From: Candidatus Elulimicrobium sp.
Lineage (GTDB): Bacteria; Patescibacteriota; Minisyncoccia; Phycocordibacterales; UBA918
Assembly: GCA_020720815.1 (NCBI GenBank)
Contig: DYNY01000003.1
Coordinates: 1,002-65,001, forward strand
DNA length: 64,000 bases
Direction: 5' to 3'
The translations under genes were made by a program, and so were the position numbers. Of the stretch, positions 26,094-36,100 are shown one piece after another (within the stretch, counting starts at the first letter, position 1; the number at the start of each line of letters is the position of its first letter). Below the pieces are notes generated by a model. The model was not told where the DNA came from. It searched no databases and saw only the letters and a list, made by a program, of their open reading frames with translations.

Positions 26094-29000
26094 ATGAGCA
26101 AATTACATGGACGAGAGAATGATTCAGTTAAGGTTGAAGAAGTTTTTAATAAAAGTGAAGTGGCACTACGCGAAGAGGCCATCCAAGCTTTTTGGGTAGA
26201 GCATGATATTTTTAATAAAAGTTTAGAGAAGCCAGCTGGGGTAGAGCCAAAGGGAGATTTTGTGTTTTATGATGGTCCACCGTTTGCCACTGGACTACCG
26301 CACTACGGACATATTCTAGCGGGGACTATTAAGGATGCCATTCCTCGTTTTTGGACGATGCAGGGCTTTCATGTGCGTCGCCAGTGGGGTTGGGATTGTC
26401 ATGGTTTGCCACTAGAGAATTTGATTGAGAAGAAACTAGGTCTTTCTAATAAGCGGGATATTGAGGCGTATGGGGTCAAGAATTTTAATGAGCAAGCGCG
26501 CGAGGCGGTTTTGGAGTATCGTGACGATTGGAAAAAGGTCGTACCACGAATGGGACGATGGGCTGATATGGAGAACGATTATAAAACGATGGATAGCACC
26601 TACACTGAGAGTGTCTGGTGGGTTTTCAAGCAACTGCATGAAAAAGGTCTGGTGTATGAAGGCTTTAAAAGTATGCACCTGTGTCCGCGTTGTGGGACGA
26701 CCCTAAGTAATTTTGAGGTCAATCAGGGTTATAAGGATATTAAAGACATTGCGGTATTTGTTGAATTACCCTTTACTGAGCCACTGCTTGAGGTTGGAGA
26801 ACCAGTCACTTCACTTATCGTTTGGACCACTACCCCTTGGACACTACCGGGTAACATGGCAGCGGCGGTACATAAGGATTTTGATTATGTAGTAGTAGAG
26901 AAAAAAGATGAAGGTAGAGGCGCTTTAGTGCGGTTTGTGGTGGCTAAGGCGCGTGCAGTTTCCGTCTTTGGTAACGATGAGTACATCATTGTTAAAGAAC
27001 TGAAAGGCTCTGATCTCGTTGGTCGTTCTTATGAGCCACCATTTTCGTATTTACAAAATCAGGATTTTAAAGGCAAGGACAAGGTTTGGAAAATTTATCA
27101 CGCCGATTATGTCGAACTTGGTGTAGAGGGTACGGGAGCAGTGCACCTAGCGCCAGCGTATGGTGAAGAAGACATGGTCTTGGCTAAAGCTGAAGGTGTT
27201 CCAATTGTGCACCATGTCGATTATGAAGGACGATTTATGCCATTTGTGACTGACTTTGCCGGAGAATTAGTGAAGCCAAAAGACGACGATGCGTCGGGTA
27301 TTGATCACAAAGACGCTGACATCAAGATACTAAAGGCGCTCCAAGCTAGTGGTAAGATTTTCAAAAAGGAAAATATTACCCATAGCTACCCACATTGTTG
27401 GCGTGACGATACACCGCTTTTGAATTACGCTACCACTTCTTGGTTTGTGAAAGTGACGGATATCAAAGATGACTTGGTAGAAGCTAATAATAAAGTGCAT
27501 TGGGTACCTGAGCATGTTGGTAGTAATCGTTTCGGTCGTTGGCTAGAGGGGGCTCGTGACTGGGCAGTTTCTCGTCAACGTTACTGGGGAGCACCAATAC
27601 CAATTTGGCGTAATCCAAAGACTGGCACATATAAAGTGTTTGGTTCCAAAGGGGAACTGTTGGATCATGTACCAAAGTCTGGTAATACAATTTTTTTGAC
27701 TCGTCATGGTGAATCAGTCTTTAACACCCAAAATCGTCTTAATGGAAAAATTGGTGTAGAGAATGATTTGACTGAATTAGGTCAAAAGCAGTCGGCTGAA
27801 TCGGCCAGGAAATTGAAAACGGCAGGAATTGATTATATTTATTATTCACCACTTCTTCGTACTGAAAAAACTGCTAAAATAATGGCTGAAGTGCTTGGCG
27901 TACCTGAGCAAAATGTACTGGCAGATGAAAGGCTCCTAGAAATGCAGTTTGGTCAGTTTGAAGACAAGACGGTAGAGGAATATCATGCTTTTTTTGGTAC
28001 TGGTTCTGGAAGACTGACTAAAAGACCAGATGGGGGGGAAAGTTGGACCGATGTAAAGAAAAGAATGGGAGTTTTTCTGTTTGAACTTGAGCAAAAACAT
28101 CAAGGAAAAAAGATTTTGGTGGTCTCGCATAATGGCCCGCTACAGATGGTGCAAGCAGCTGCGAGAGGAGATGATTTTGTCACTACCGCTAAGCATATTG
28201 ATAACAATGGTTACGATCTAACAAATGCTGAGCTACGCCAGTTGAATTTTATCTCGTATCCGCATAATGACAATTTCGAACTTGATTACCACCGACCATA
28301 TATTGATGAGGTGACTGTGCTCGATATCGATGCTGTAAAACTTGAACGAGTACCGGATGTATTTGATTGTTGGTTCGAAAGTGGGGCGATGCCATATGGA
28401 CAACACCATTACCCGTTTTCGTGCCCGGTTGATAAATTTGCTAAGGAATATTTCCCGGCCCAATTTATTGCTGAGGGGCTCGATCAAACGCGGGGCTGGT
28501 TTTATTCACTCATTGTGCTTGGTACAGCCTTGTTTGGTAAATCACCGTATGAGAATGTGATTGTAAATGGTCTAGTCTTGGCGGAAGACGGCAAGAAGAT
28601 GAGTAAATCGCTTCGTAACTATCCAGACCCGATGGAATTAGCCGATCGAGTGGGAGTTGATGCGATGCGTTACTATCTACTTTCGGCACCGATTATGAGG
28701 TCAGAAGATCTGGCTTTTTCGGAAAAGGAAGTGCTTGAGTTACAACGAAAAAACATTGGCCGTTTACATAACGTACTAGCAATGTATGAGATGTTCGCTG
28801 ATGGTACCAAAGCTACGGCTGATTCTACCCAGGTGCTTGACCGTTGGATAATTGCACGACTGAATCAGCTAATAGCTGAATCAACACAGTGGTATAAAGC
28901 CTATGAGTTAGATAAAGCTACTCGGCCACTGGCAGATTTTATTGATGATTTGTCGGTGTGGTACTTACGTCGTAGTCGTGACCGTTTCAAGGGGGCTGAA

Positions 29001-29666
29001 GAAGAAGATAAAAAAGTGGCACTGAGTACGCTTCGGTTTGTGCTTCGAGAATTGGCTAAAATAATGGCACCAGCTATGCCGTTTTATGCAGAGTACCTGT
29101 ATCTCGCGGTACGTGAAGAAGTTGAAGCAGAAAGTGTCCATCTTACAGCCTGGCCAGAGGGGGGAGAAGTACATGAATCATTAATAGTCGATATGGTCGA
29201 AGTCCGCCGACTGACCACTGTGGCTCTGGAAGCTAGGACCAAAGCAAAAATTAATGTCAAACAACCACTCGCTCTACTTAAGGTAAAAATATCTGAGCCA
29301 GCAGTTAAGCTTTTGTTTGGACTTCTGGCTTCAGAATTAAACGTAAAAACTGTAGTGGAGGATCCTTTCCTGGAAGGTGAGGGTGTGTGGCTTGATACTA
29401 ATATTACCCCTGAATTAAAAATTGAAGGTGATGCCCGGGAGTTTATTCGTGGTGTTCAGGAGCGTCGCAAAGCCGAAGGCTTTGCGACGCAAGACCGTAT
29501 CGAACTTATTGTTTTTACCGAAAGCGGTGGAGAAGCAGTATTAAATAGTTTCAAAGAAATGATTACCAAAACTGTTGGTGCTAATGAAATTATTTTTGAT
29601 GCTAACTCAGGGACAGAAATCAAAGCTGGAGATTATTTCTTTAGAATTTTGTTGAAAAAAATCTAA
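26094..29666 (+). CDS. ileS: Isoleucyl-tRNA synthetase (type 2 / eukaryote-like) carrying an inserted PGAM-type histidine phosphatase domain
   Basis: PPFATGLPHYGHIL, WAVSRQRYWGAPIPIW, FDCWFESGAMPYGQ, FIAEGLDQTRGWFYS and KKMSKSLRNY are all present. The product is 1190 aa, longer than the usual ~1040-1070. Confidence 0.85.
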   Translation: MSKLHGRENDSVKVEEVFNKSEVALREEAIQAFWVEHDIFNKSLEKPAGVEPKGDFVFYDGPPFATGLPHYGHILAGTIKDAIPRFWTMQGFHVRRQWGWDCHGLPLENLIEKKLGLSNKRDIEAYGVKNFNEQAREAVLEYRDDWKKVVPRMGRWADMENDYKTMDSTYTESVWWVFKQLHEKGLVYEGFKSMHLCPRCGTTLSNFEVNQGYKDIKDIAVFVELPFTEPLLEVGEPVTSLIVWTTTPWTLPGNMAAAVHKDFDYVVVEKKDEGRGALVRFVVAKARAVSVFGNDEYIIVKELKGSDLVGRSYEPPFSYLQNQDFKGKDKVWKIYHADYVELGVEGTGAVHLAPAYGEEDMVLAKAEGVPIVHHVDYEGRFMPFVTDFAGELVKPKDDDASGIDHKDADIKILKALQASGKIFKKENITHSYPHCWRDDTPLLNYATTSWFVKVTDIKDDLVEANNKVHWVPEHVGSNRFGRWLEGARDWAVSRQRYWGAPIPIWRNPKTGTYKVFGSKGELLDHVPKSGNTIFLTRHGESVFNTQNRLNGKIGVENDLTELGQKQSAESARKLKTAGIDYIYYSPLLRTEKTAKIMAEVLGVPEQNVLADERLLEMQFGQFEDKTVEEYHAFFGTGSGRLTKRPDGGESWTDVKKRMGVFLFELEQKHQGKKILVVSHNGPLQMVQAAARGDDFVTTAKHIDNNGYDLTNAELRQLNFISYPHNDNFELDYHRPYIDEVTVLDIDAVKLERVPDVFDCWFESGAMPYGQHHYPFSCPVDKFAKEYFPAQFIAEGLDQTRGWFYSLIVLGTALFGKSPYENVIVNGLVLAEDGKKMSKSLRNYPDPMELADRVGVDAMRYYLLSAPIMRSEDLAFSEKEVLELQRKNIGRLHNVLAMYEMFADGTKATADSTQVLDRWIIARLNQLIAESTQWYKAYELDKATRPLADFIDDLSVWYLRRSRDRFKGAEEEDKKVALSTLRFVLRELAKIMAPAMPFYAEYLYLAVREEVEAESVHLTAWPEGGEVHESLIVDMVEVRRLTTVALEARTKAKINVKQPLALLKVKISEPAVKLLFGLLASELNVKTVVEDPFLEGEGVWLDTNITPELKIEGDAREFIRGVQERRKAEGFATQDRIELIVFTESGGEAVLNSFKEMITKTVGANEIIFDANSGTEIKAGDYFFRILLKKI

Positions 29667-30245
29667 ATGTCTTACACGACATATATCACGCAGGCGTTGG
29701 TATGCGGTACCTTTAACCGCAATACCACTGATCGTACTTATCTACTTTTTACTAGAGAAGCCGGGATGTTGTTTGCTGAGGCGCGTAGTGTACGAGAGGA
29801 GAGAAGTCGCCAGCGTTATGCCCTGCAAGATTTTTCGCGTATCCGTGTCTCCCTGGTAAAGGGTAAGCAAAGTTGGAAAATTGGTAGTGTGGAAGCAGTA
29901 GCTAGTGATTTTTCTGTTGCTACTTCACGCGAGGCACGTGGTGGTGTAGTTTCTTTTTATCGTTTACTACGGCGTTTCATTCGAGGTGAAGAGGCCTCAC
30001 CTGAATTATTTGATTTTTGTCAGCAAGCACTAAATATTTTGATTTTACCCTCTACCCATAGAACTTTTATGGAAATGTGTATCAAGGTCAGATTGCTGTC
30101 TGCTTTGGGTTACGTCGATAATGAAGCGGTGCCAAAAATAATCAGGGATTGCCCGCTTGAGGAAGTAATAACACACCAAACGGATAATTTACTAGCCCAG
30201 ATGCAGTTACTGTATGATCAAGCTATTGACCATAGTCAACTCTGA
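29667..30245 (+). CDS. recO: DNA repair protein RecO-like (short form)
   Basis: N-terminal OB-fold pattern (…ALVCGTFNRNTTDRTYLLFTREAGMLFAEARSVRE…RIRVSLVKGK…). Its start overlaps the ileS stop. Confidence 0.45.
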   Translation: MSYTTYITQALVCGTFNRNTTDRTYLLFTREAGMLFAEARSVREERSRQRYALQDFSRIRVSLVKGKQSWKIGSVEAVASDFSVATSREARGGVVSFYRLLRRFIRGEEASPELFDFCQQALNILILPSTHRTFMEMCIKVRLLSALGYVDNEAVPKIIRDCPLEEVITHQTDNLLAQMQLLYDQAIDHSQL

Positions 30246-30280
30246 CTAAACTATTTTGGTGTTATAATAAACCGTATTAT

Positions 30281-32233
30281 ATGGCAGGTATTAAAGATCA
30301 GGAGAATATTGATGAGTTACGTAGGCGTCTTTATGAACGCGGTGATACTTTGGAATCATCGACCAGGCATCAGCTGACACCGTGTCCGGTGGTTAATGTT
30401 TCTCGAGGCTGGGATACACCCTGGTCAACTCCAGCTCAGTCTTTAAGCACAGTAGACACCATTTCACAAGATAACGAAATAGCTAATGAAGTAGTAGAAG
30501 TAGTAAAGACACCTACTAAAAGACGATATCGTAAGTTTGTCTTAATTGTCAGTTTGATTTTCTTCTTCATTACAGCCACATTGTCATCCCTGTATCTATT
30601 CTTTGGGGCTAATCAAATATCTGCTACTAATGTTAGTATTTCGCTTAGTACCGAATTTTCTATTGCGGCTGGAGAAACCTTGCCCATGCAGGTAAGTATT
30701 ACCAATCAAAATTCAGTTGCCATAGAATCAGCTACTTTGATTATTAACTATCCACCAGGCACTAGAGCTAATGAAGAAAACGGAAAAGATTTATATGAAG
30801 AGAGAATTACGCTAGAGACAATTACACCAGGACAAGCTAAAAATATCCCTCTTCGAGTGGTGTTGTATGGTGAGGAAAATGATAGTAAGGAAATTAAGGC
30901 TTCAGTTGAGTATCGTATCGCTGGTTCAAATGGTACCTTCTTTAAGGAAGCGGTACCACAGTCAGTTATCATCAGTTCCTCACCACTGGTGTTACGGGTA
31001 ACTGGAATCGACAAGATATCTTCCGGTCAGGAGTTAGAAGTACGCTTGCAGTTAAAATCAAACTCTTCGCTCGTTCAGCGTAATATTTTAATCAGTGCTT
31101 CATACCCCAATAGTTTTTCTTTTGTTAAGTCCGAACCGGAAGCTGTTTACGGTGATAATAGCTGGTTGGTTAAAGAGTTAAAACCAGAAGAGACGTTCGA
31201 CATCACTTTGCATGGAAAAATTGCAGGACTCTCGAGTGAAATTTCCGAAATACAGCTTAAGGCCGGTAATCCACAATTAGAAAATCAATTTATGATGGGA
31301 GCGGTTTTGGCACAATCAAAATTTAACTATACGATAGAAAACCCTTTCACTAATGTAGTATTTAGTATTAATGGTGACTCTGATGGAGAGGCTGTACTGG
31401 ACCCTAACACAGAGGCCGTAGTGACGGTTAAGGTAACCAATACTTTAACTGAACCAATTTATGATATGCGAGTGGAATTGAAGCCTCGGGGTAATTTAAT
31501 TCGAGAAGGACTGTTGGTGGTGGAACGTGGACTGTATGATTCTGATAGTAAGAATATAAAATTTGATGTTTCAGGAGATGTAACCTTAGCAGAAGTTAAA
31601 CCAAACGAGACCAGGGAATTTTCTTTTAAGGTAAAACCAGACCCTAAACAAACTACTGCTTCGTTTAATGTTTCGGCCGATATCTATGCGAGACGAATAG
31701 ATGAAACCCAGGTTGCAGAAAGTTTAGTTGGTAATGCCCTGACTGAAGTTAAGTACTCTTCGGTTGCTACCCTAGGTAGCCAACTAGGGTATAGCGATGG
31801 TCCGTTTACAGATTCTGGCCCAGTACCACCGGTGGTTGAGACTGCTACCACCTACACAGTTACGCTGGCCGCTTCTTCTGGTGTAAATGATATGGTAAGT
31901 GCGGTGGTAACAACTAGTCTACCCCAGTATATGACTTGGTTAGAAAAGACTGAAGGAGACGGGCAAATCGAATATAATCCAGTCTCTAAACAAATTCGTT
32001 GGAGTGTTGGTGAAGTATTGGCTGGGCAAAATAAAACTATTAAGTTCCAAGTGTCCCTCTTGCCAACCACGACTCAAGTTGGTAGAACTGCACTAGTGAC
32101 TGGTCCACAAGAGTTGCGTGCTAGTGATAGCTTTACTGGGGTTTCTTTAAGGGCTAGTAACCCTGCCTTATCGAATGAACTTTCTACTGAGTTAGGGTTT
32201 GTGAAAAAAAACGGTGAGATTCAATCACGCTAA
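30281..32233 (+). CDS. Membrane-anchored large surface protein with repeated beta-sandwich (CARDB/DUF11-like) modules
   Basis: Single TM helix near residue 90, then ~550 aa of repetitive T/S/V-rich beta-rich sequence. Confidence 0.4.
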   Translation: MAGIKDQENIDELRRRLYERGDTLESSTRHQLTPCPVVNVSRGWDTPWSTPAQSLSTVDTISQDNEIANEVVEVVKTPTKRRYRKFVLIVSLIFFFITATLSSLYLFFGANQISATNVSISLSTEFSIAAGETLPMQVSITNQNSVAIESATLIINYPPGTRANEENGKDLYEERITLETITPGQAKNIPLRVVLYGEENDSKEIKASVEYRIAGSNGTFFKEAVPQSVIISSSPLVLRVTGIDKISSGQELEVRLQLKSNSSLVQRNILISASYPNSFSFVKSEPEAVYGDNSWLVKELKPEETFDITLHGKIAGLSSEISEIQLKAGNPQLENQFMMGAVLAQSKFNYTIENPFTNVVFSINGDSDGEAVLDPNTEAVVTVKVTNTLTEPIYDMRVELKPRGNLIREGLLVVERGLYDSDSKNIKFDVSGDVTLAEVKPNETREFSFKVKPDPKQTTASFNVSADIYARRIDETQVAESLVGNALTEVKYSSVATLGSQLGYSDGPFTDSGPVPPVVETATTYTVTLAASSGVNDMVSAVVTTSLPQYMTWLEKTEGDGQIEYNPVSKQIRWSVGEVLAGQNKTIKFQVSLLPTTTQVGRTALVTGPQELRASDSFTGVSLRASNPALSNELSTELGFVKKNGEIQSR

Positions 32234-32269
32234 GGGTATGGGTACTATTAAGTAAAGAAAGAAATTTAT

Positions 32270-33664
32270 ATGGATAATGACAAAATGGAAAAAGTAGTAT
32301 CACTCTGCAAAAGACGCGGTTTTGTATTTCAGGGTAGTGAGATATATGGCGGTTTGGCCGGAGTATTTGACTTTGGACCTAATGGAGTAGAACTCTTAAA
32401 TAATTTAAAGCGAGCTTGGTGGAAATCCAATGTTTACGATAAAGAAAGTCATTACGGTATAGATTCCGGTATGTTTAAACACCCAAAGGTTTGGGATGCT
32501 AGCGGCCATACATCGGGCTTCTCTGATCCATTAGCTGAGTGTCGTGAGTGTAATACACGTATTCGAGTGGATAAGGAACTGGGTAAGGTTGGTGTGGTGG
32601 CGGATGAAAAAATGTCAGAAGAAGACATCAATAAGCTTTTTGATGAAAACCGAGATAAGATTGTCTGCCCAAAGTGTGGGCAGAAGAACTTTACCCCTGC
32701 TAGAGCTTTTAACCTCTTAGTAAAATCAAACCTAGGTGACTTTACTGGAGATGGTAGTGACCCAGTTTATTTACCTGGAGAAGCCTGTCAGGGTATTTAC
32801 CTCGACTACAAGAACATTCTTGATTCTATGTCGCCGAAGTTACCGTTTGGTATTGTGCAGATAGGTAAAGCCTTCCGCAATGAAATCTCTCCCCGAAACT
32901 TTCTCTTTCGTACTCGGGAACTGGAGCAAGCTGACACACAACTATTTGTTAAACCAAATCAGAATAAAGAGGCTTACGAACAGCTGAAACAAGATCGAAT
33001 GAATTGGTATATCTCAATTGGAATCAAACCAGAAAATTTACGCTTTAAACAGCACGATAACTTAGTTTTTTATGCTTCTGATGCTTGGGATATTGAATAT
33101 AATTTTCCTAGTCTTGGTTTTGATGAGCTAGAAGGAATACATGATAGAACGGATTACGATCTTACTCAGCATATGAAGTACTCAGGAGTTGATCTTCGCT
33201 ACACCGACTCTGAAACAGGAGAAAAATATGTTCCCTGGATTTTGGAAACTTCAGTTGGTATGGGAAGAATGTTTTTGGCTGTCATCGCTGATGCTTATTA
33301 CGAAGAGGAGATGGGGGACGGTATTCGTACTGTGCTCAAACTACATCCGAGTTTAGCCCCCTACCGAGCGGCTGTTTCGCCTCTTTTAAAGAATAAACCA
33401 GAGTTAGTAGCTAAAGCTCGCGGGGTGTTTTCACTCTTGAAAAAAGAGTTTGGTAATATTGCCTGGGACGATAATGGCAATATTGGCAAGCGCTATCGTC
33501 GCCAAGATGAAATCGGTACTCCGGCTTGCATCGTCATCGATTTTGAAACTCTCGGCGAGGAGAAGTCAGAACTAAAAGATACTGTAACAGTACGAAATCG
33601 TGATACTGGCGCTCAAGAGCGAGTAGCAATCGGGGATTTGGTGGGCTATTTAGCTAACAAGTAA
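32270..33664 (+). CDS. glyQS: Glycyl-tRNA synthetase, dimeric alpha2 type
   Basis: …RRGFVFQGSEIYGGLAGVFDFGPNGVELLNNLKRAWW…, class II motifs, and a C-terminal anticodon-binding domain. Confidence 0.85.
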   Translation: MDNDKMEKVVSLCKRRGFVFQGSEIYGGLAGVFDFGPNGVELLNNLKRAWWKSNVYDKESHYGIDSGMFKHPKVWDASGHTSGFSDPLAECRECNTRIRVDKELGKVGVVADEKMSEEDINKLFDENRDKIVCPKCGQKNFTPARAFNLLVKSNLGDFTGDGSDPVYLPGEACQGIYLDYKNILDSMSPKLPFGIVQIGKAFRNEISPRNFLFRTRELEQADTQLFVKPNQNKEAYEQLKQDRMNWYISIGIKPENLRFKQHDNLVFYASDAWDIEYNFPSLGFDELEGIHDRTDYDLTQHMKYSGVDLRYTDSETGEKYVPWILETSVGMGRMFLAVIADAYYEEEMGDGIRTVLKLHPSLAPYRAAVSPLLKNKPELVAKARGVFSLLKKEFGNIAWDDNGNIGKRYRRQDEIGTPACIVIDFETLGEEKSELKDTVTVRNRDTGAQERVAIGDLVGYLANK

Positions 33665-33668
33665 TTAT

Positions 33669-33707
33669 AAAAAAGCCAGGCACCCGAAGGGTGCCTGGCT
33701 TTTTTTA
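33669..33707 (+). terminator. Rho-independent terminator after glyQS
   Basis: aaaaagccaggcacccgaagggtgcctggcttttttt. Confidence 0.7.
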
Positions 33708-33736
33708 TTTCTACGCTGTGCTACAGTAATTTAATT

Positions 33737-35179
33737 ATGTTAGATAAAAAAGCTCGTTATATTACTACCACCCTACCTTATGTAAACTCCGACCCGCATA
33801 TTGGCTTTGCCTTTGAAATCGTCACAGCTGATGCGCTGGCGCGCTACTGGCGGCTAATGGATTATGAAGTGTTTTTCAATACTGGCACTGATGAACATGG
33901 ACAAAAGATTGCTCAAATGGCAGATAAGGCGGGGCAAGACCGTCAAGCCTATGTTGATCACTATGCTAATGAATTTAAAAAGCTCGGTGAGTCTCTCAAT
34001 CTTTCTTTTGATAATTTCATTCGCACTACGGATGAAAATCATAAGACGGCCGCACAGGAAATCTGGCAACGCTGTGAGGCCAAAGACGATATCTACAAAA
34101 AGAAATACAGTGGTCTATATTGTGTGGGGTGTGAGTCGTTTTATAAAGAGTCTGAACTAGGTACCAATAAGTGTTGTCTGATTCACGGCAAGCCAGCGGA
34201 AGAGATTGAAGAAGAAAATTATTTTTTTAAGCTCTCGAACTACCAAGCTTACTTAGCAGAGTATTTAAATCGGCCAGGTGTAATAGAACCAGAGTGGCGT
34301 CGTCAGGAGGCGATTAATTTCGTGCAGGGTGGCTTGGAAGATTTTAGTATCTCGCGCGAGAAGGCGAGATTAGACTGGGGTATCCCAGTGCCGGGCGATG
34401 ATAATCAAGTGATGTATGTGTGGTTTGATGCCCTAACCAACTACATATCTACCTTAGGCTGGCCGAAAGAGGGTAGTAATTTTGAGAAGTTCTGGATTAA
34501 TGGGGAAGTCATCCAACTGGCGGGTAAAGACCAGGTGCGTTTTCAATCTATCATGTGGCAGGCCATGCTTAAGAGTGCTGACGTAAAAGCGACCGATAAA
34601 CTGGTCTACCATGGCTTTATAAATAGTGGTGGTCAAAAGATGAGCAAGAGTCTCGGTAATGTCATTTCACCTTATGAGCTGATTGCCAAGTATGGTACCG
34701 ACGCCACTCGCTACTTACTTCTACGGCACGTACATCCGTTTGATGACTCAGACATCACTTGGGAGCGTCTCGATGAGTGGTATACCGCCAATCTAGTAAA
34801 TGGTCTAGGAAATCTCGTAGCGCGGGTGATGAAGATGGCCGAGACTCATCTAAGTGAACCTGTTGCGCACCCTGAGGCGGTCGGTTTTGACTCAGCCTAT
34901 AACAATGCCCTCCTGGACAACTTCAACACGCTACAAGCTTGTGATTATATTTGGCAAAAAATTGGTGCTCTAGATGAACGGATAGCTTTGGAACAACCAT
35001 TTAAGGTGGTCAAAGAAGATAAAGCCAGTGCGCAAATGATGATTAAAGAAATGGTCTTAGAACTATATGCTATTGGTCATCTTTTGCATCCAATCATGCC
35101 AGAAACGAATAAAATAATTAAAGAGGCGGTTTTACAAAACAAAAAACCCGCTAATCTTTTCACCCGCCTAGAAAACTAA
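33737..35179 (+). CDS. metG: Methionyl-tRNA synthetase, minimal form
   Basis: …TTTLPYVNSDPHIGFAFE… is the HIGH-like region, and QKMSKSLGN is the KMSKS motif. Confidence 0.85.
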   Translation: MLDKKARYITTTLPYVNSDPHIGFAFEIVTADALARYWRLMDYEVFFNTGTDEHGQKIAQMADKAGQDRQAYVDHYANEFKKLGESLNLSFDNFIRTTDENHKTAAQEIWQRCEAKDDIYKKKYSGLYCVGCESFYKESELGTNKCCLIHGKPAEEIEEENYFFKLSNYQAYLAEYLNRPGVIEPEWRRQEAINFVQGGLEDFSISREKARLDWGIPVPGDDNQVMYVWFDALTNYISTLGWPKEGSNFEKFWINGEVIQLAGKDQVRFQSIMWQAMLKSADVKATDKLVYHGFINSGGQKMSKSLGNVISPYELIAKYGTDATRYLLLRHVHPFDDSDITWERLDEWYTANLVNGLGNLVARVMKMAETHLSEPVAHPEAVGFDSAYNNALLDNFNTLQACDYIWQKIGALDERIALEQPFKVVKEDKASAQMMIKEMVLELYAIGHLLHPIMPETNKIIKEAVLQNKKPANLFTRLEN

Positions 35180-35180
35180 T

Positions 35181-35447
35181 ATGCAAAGTATCGAAGAAAT
35201 CTTAAAGCGAGATAGCCGAGTTGAGCTAGATAAAGCATGGGAAGTCAGTTTTACTAGACGAGCAGTTATTGCTTTCATTACCTACCTCACGGCTACTAGC
35301 TTTTTGTTTTTAATTGATAATAATTTGCCATTTATAAATTCTTTAATACCAACAGGCGGTTATTTACTGTCCACTCTGTCTTTACCTTTTATTAAAAATT
35401 GGTGGTTAAAAAGACAAGTAAATCAAAGTTTACCCGGTGCCGAATAA
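35181..35447 (+). CDS. Hypothetical small membrane protein (88 aa)
   Basis: Two predicted TM helices. It directly follows metG. Confidence 0.35.
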   Translation: MQSIEEILKRDSRVELDKAWEVSFTRRAVIAFITYLTATSFLFLIDNNLPFINSLIPTGGYLLSTLSLPFIKNWWLKRQVNQSLPGAE

Positions 35448-35484
35448 AAGTTTTAGCTAGGTTCTACAATACAGACTGCCTTCT

Positions 35485-35510
35485 AAATAGTACGATCGAT
35501 CGTACTATTT
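35485..35510. repeat. 26-bp perfect palindrome aaatagtacgatcgatcgtactattt, copy 1
   Basis: Read directly from the sequence. It abuts the stop codon of the YerC-like gene. Confidence 0.85.
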
Positions 35511-35513
35511 AGT

Positions 35514-35927
35514 CTAGTGATTTAATTTTTCCAAGGTGCTTTTCCAACGACCACGACCTCGCGGCGGTAGTCCAGCTTGAAGAATAGTCTCTAGTATATT
35601 CAAAATACGAGCGTGCTCGGTTTTATTTTCGGTGATAAATTTTTGAATATTACCGTATTGTCCTATTTGGTAGTTTAGACGTATACGGTCGGCGGTTGAA
35701 GGACTTATTTTTAGGAGTGTCCAGACTCTATATGAGGAATGACCTTCTATGAAAAGAATGATTGCCGCCAAACGCTTTGAGAGCATCAATTTTTCTTCCT
35801 CACCCAAAAGCTCTTCTAGAAACTTTGGGCTTTGAGTTTTGTCCAAGCGAGCGATTATGTCGCTTAGTTGTTTGAAAAGCTCCGTTTGTTTTTCTTCCGT
35901 CATTAGTTGTTTTGAGAGGTGAGCCAT
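35514..35927 (-). CDS. TrpR-like YerC/YecD-family small DNA-binding protein
   Basis: …LMLSKRLAAIILFIEGHSSYRVWTLLKISPSTADRIRLNY… matches the Trp-repressor-like HTH core. The track ORF begins 2 codons upstream with TTG. Confidence 0.55.
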   Translation of the reverse strand: MAHLSKQLMTEEKQTELFKQLSDIIARLDKTQSPKFLEELLGEEEKLMLSKRLAAIILFIEGHSSYRVWTLLKISPSTADRIRLNYQIGQYGNIQKFITENKTEHARILNILETILQAGLPPRGRGRWKSTLEKLNH

Positions 35928-35931
35928 ACCC

Positions 35932-35957
35932 AAATAGTACGATCGATCGTACTATTT
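35932..35957. repeat. 26-bp perfect palindrome aaatagtacgatcgatcgtactattt, copy 2
   Basis: Identical to copy 1. It abuts the start codon of the YerC-like gene. Confidence 0.85.
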
Positions 35958-36100
35958 GGGTATTAGGAGTTGTGGATTGGGTATGTGAGATATGGAACGG
36001 CGGTGAGATTGTGTGCGAATGGATTAGGTATTTTCTGTATAGATTGCAGGAAAGGTGTAAAATTTGGACATCAGACTAGGCGGGCTGGTATAGTATCGTT

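Noticed and set aside
26436-28560. Multiple 60-100-aa ORFs on both strands inside ileS, and similar ones inside nrdA, glyA, argS, metG and ftsK
   Set aside because: They are embedded in, or antisense to, long well-supported housekeeping genes and are typical spurious overlapping frames.
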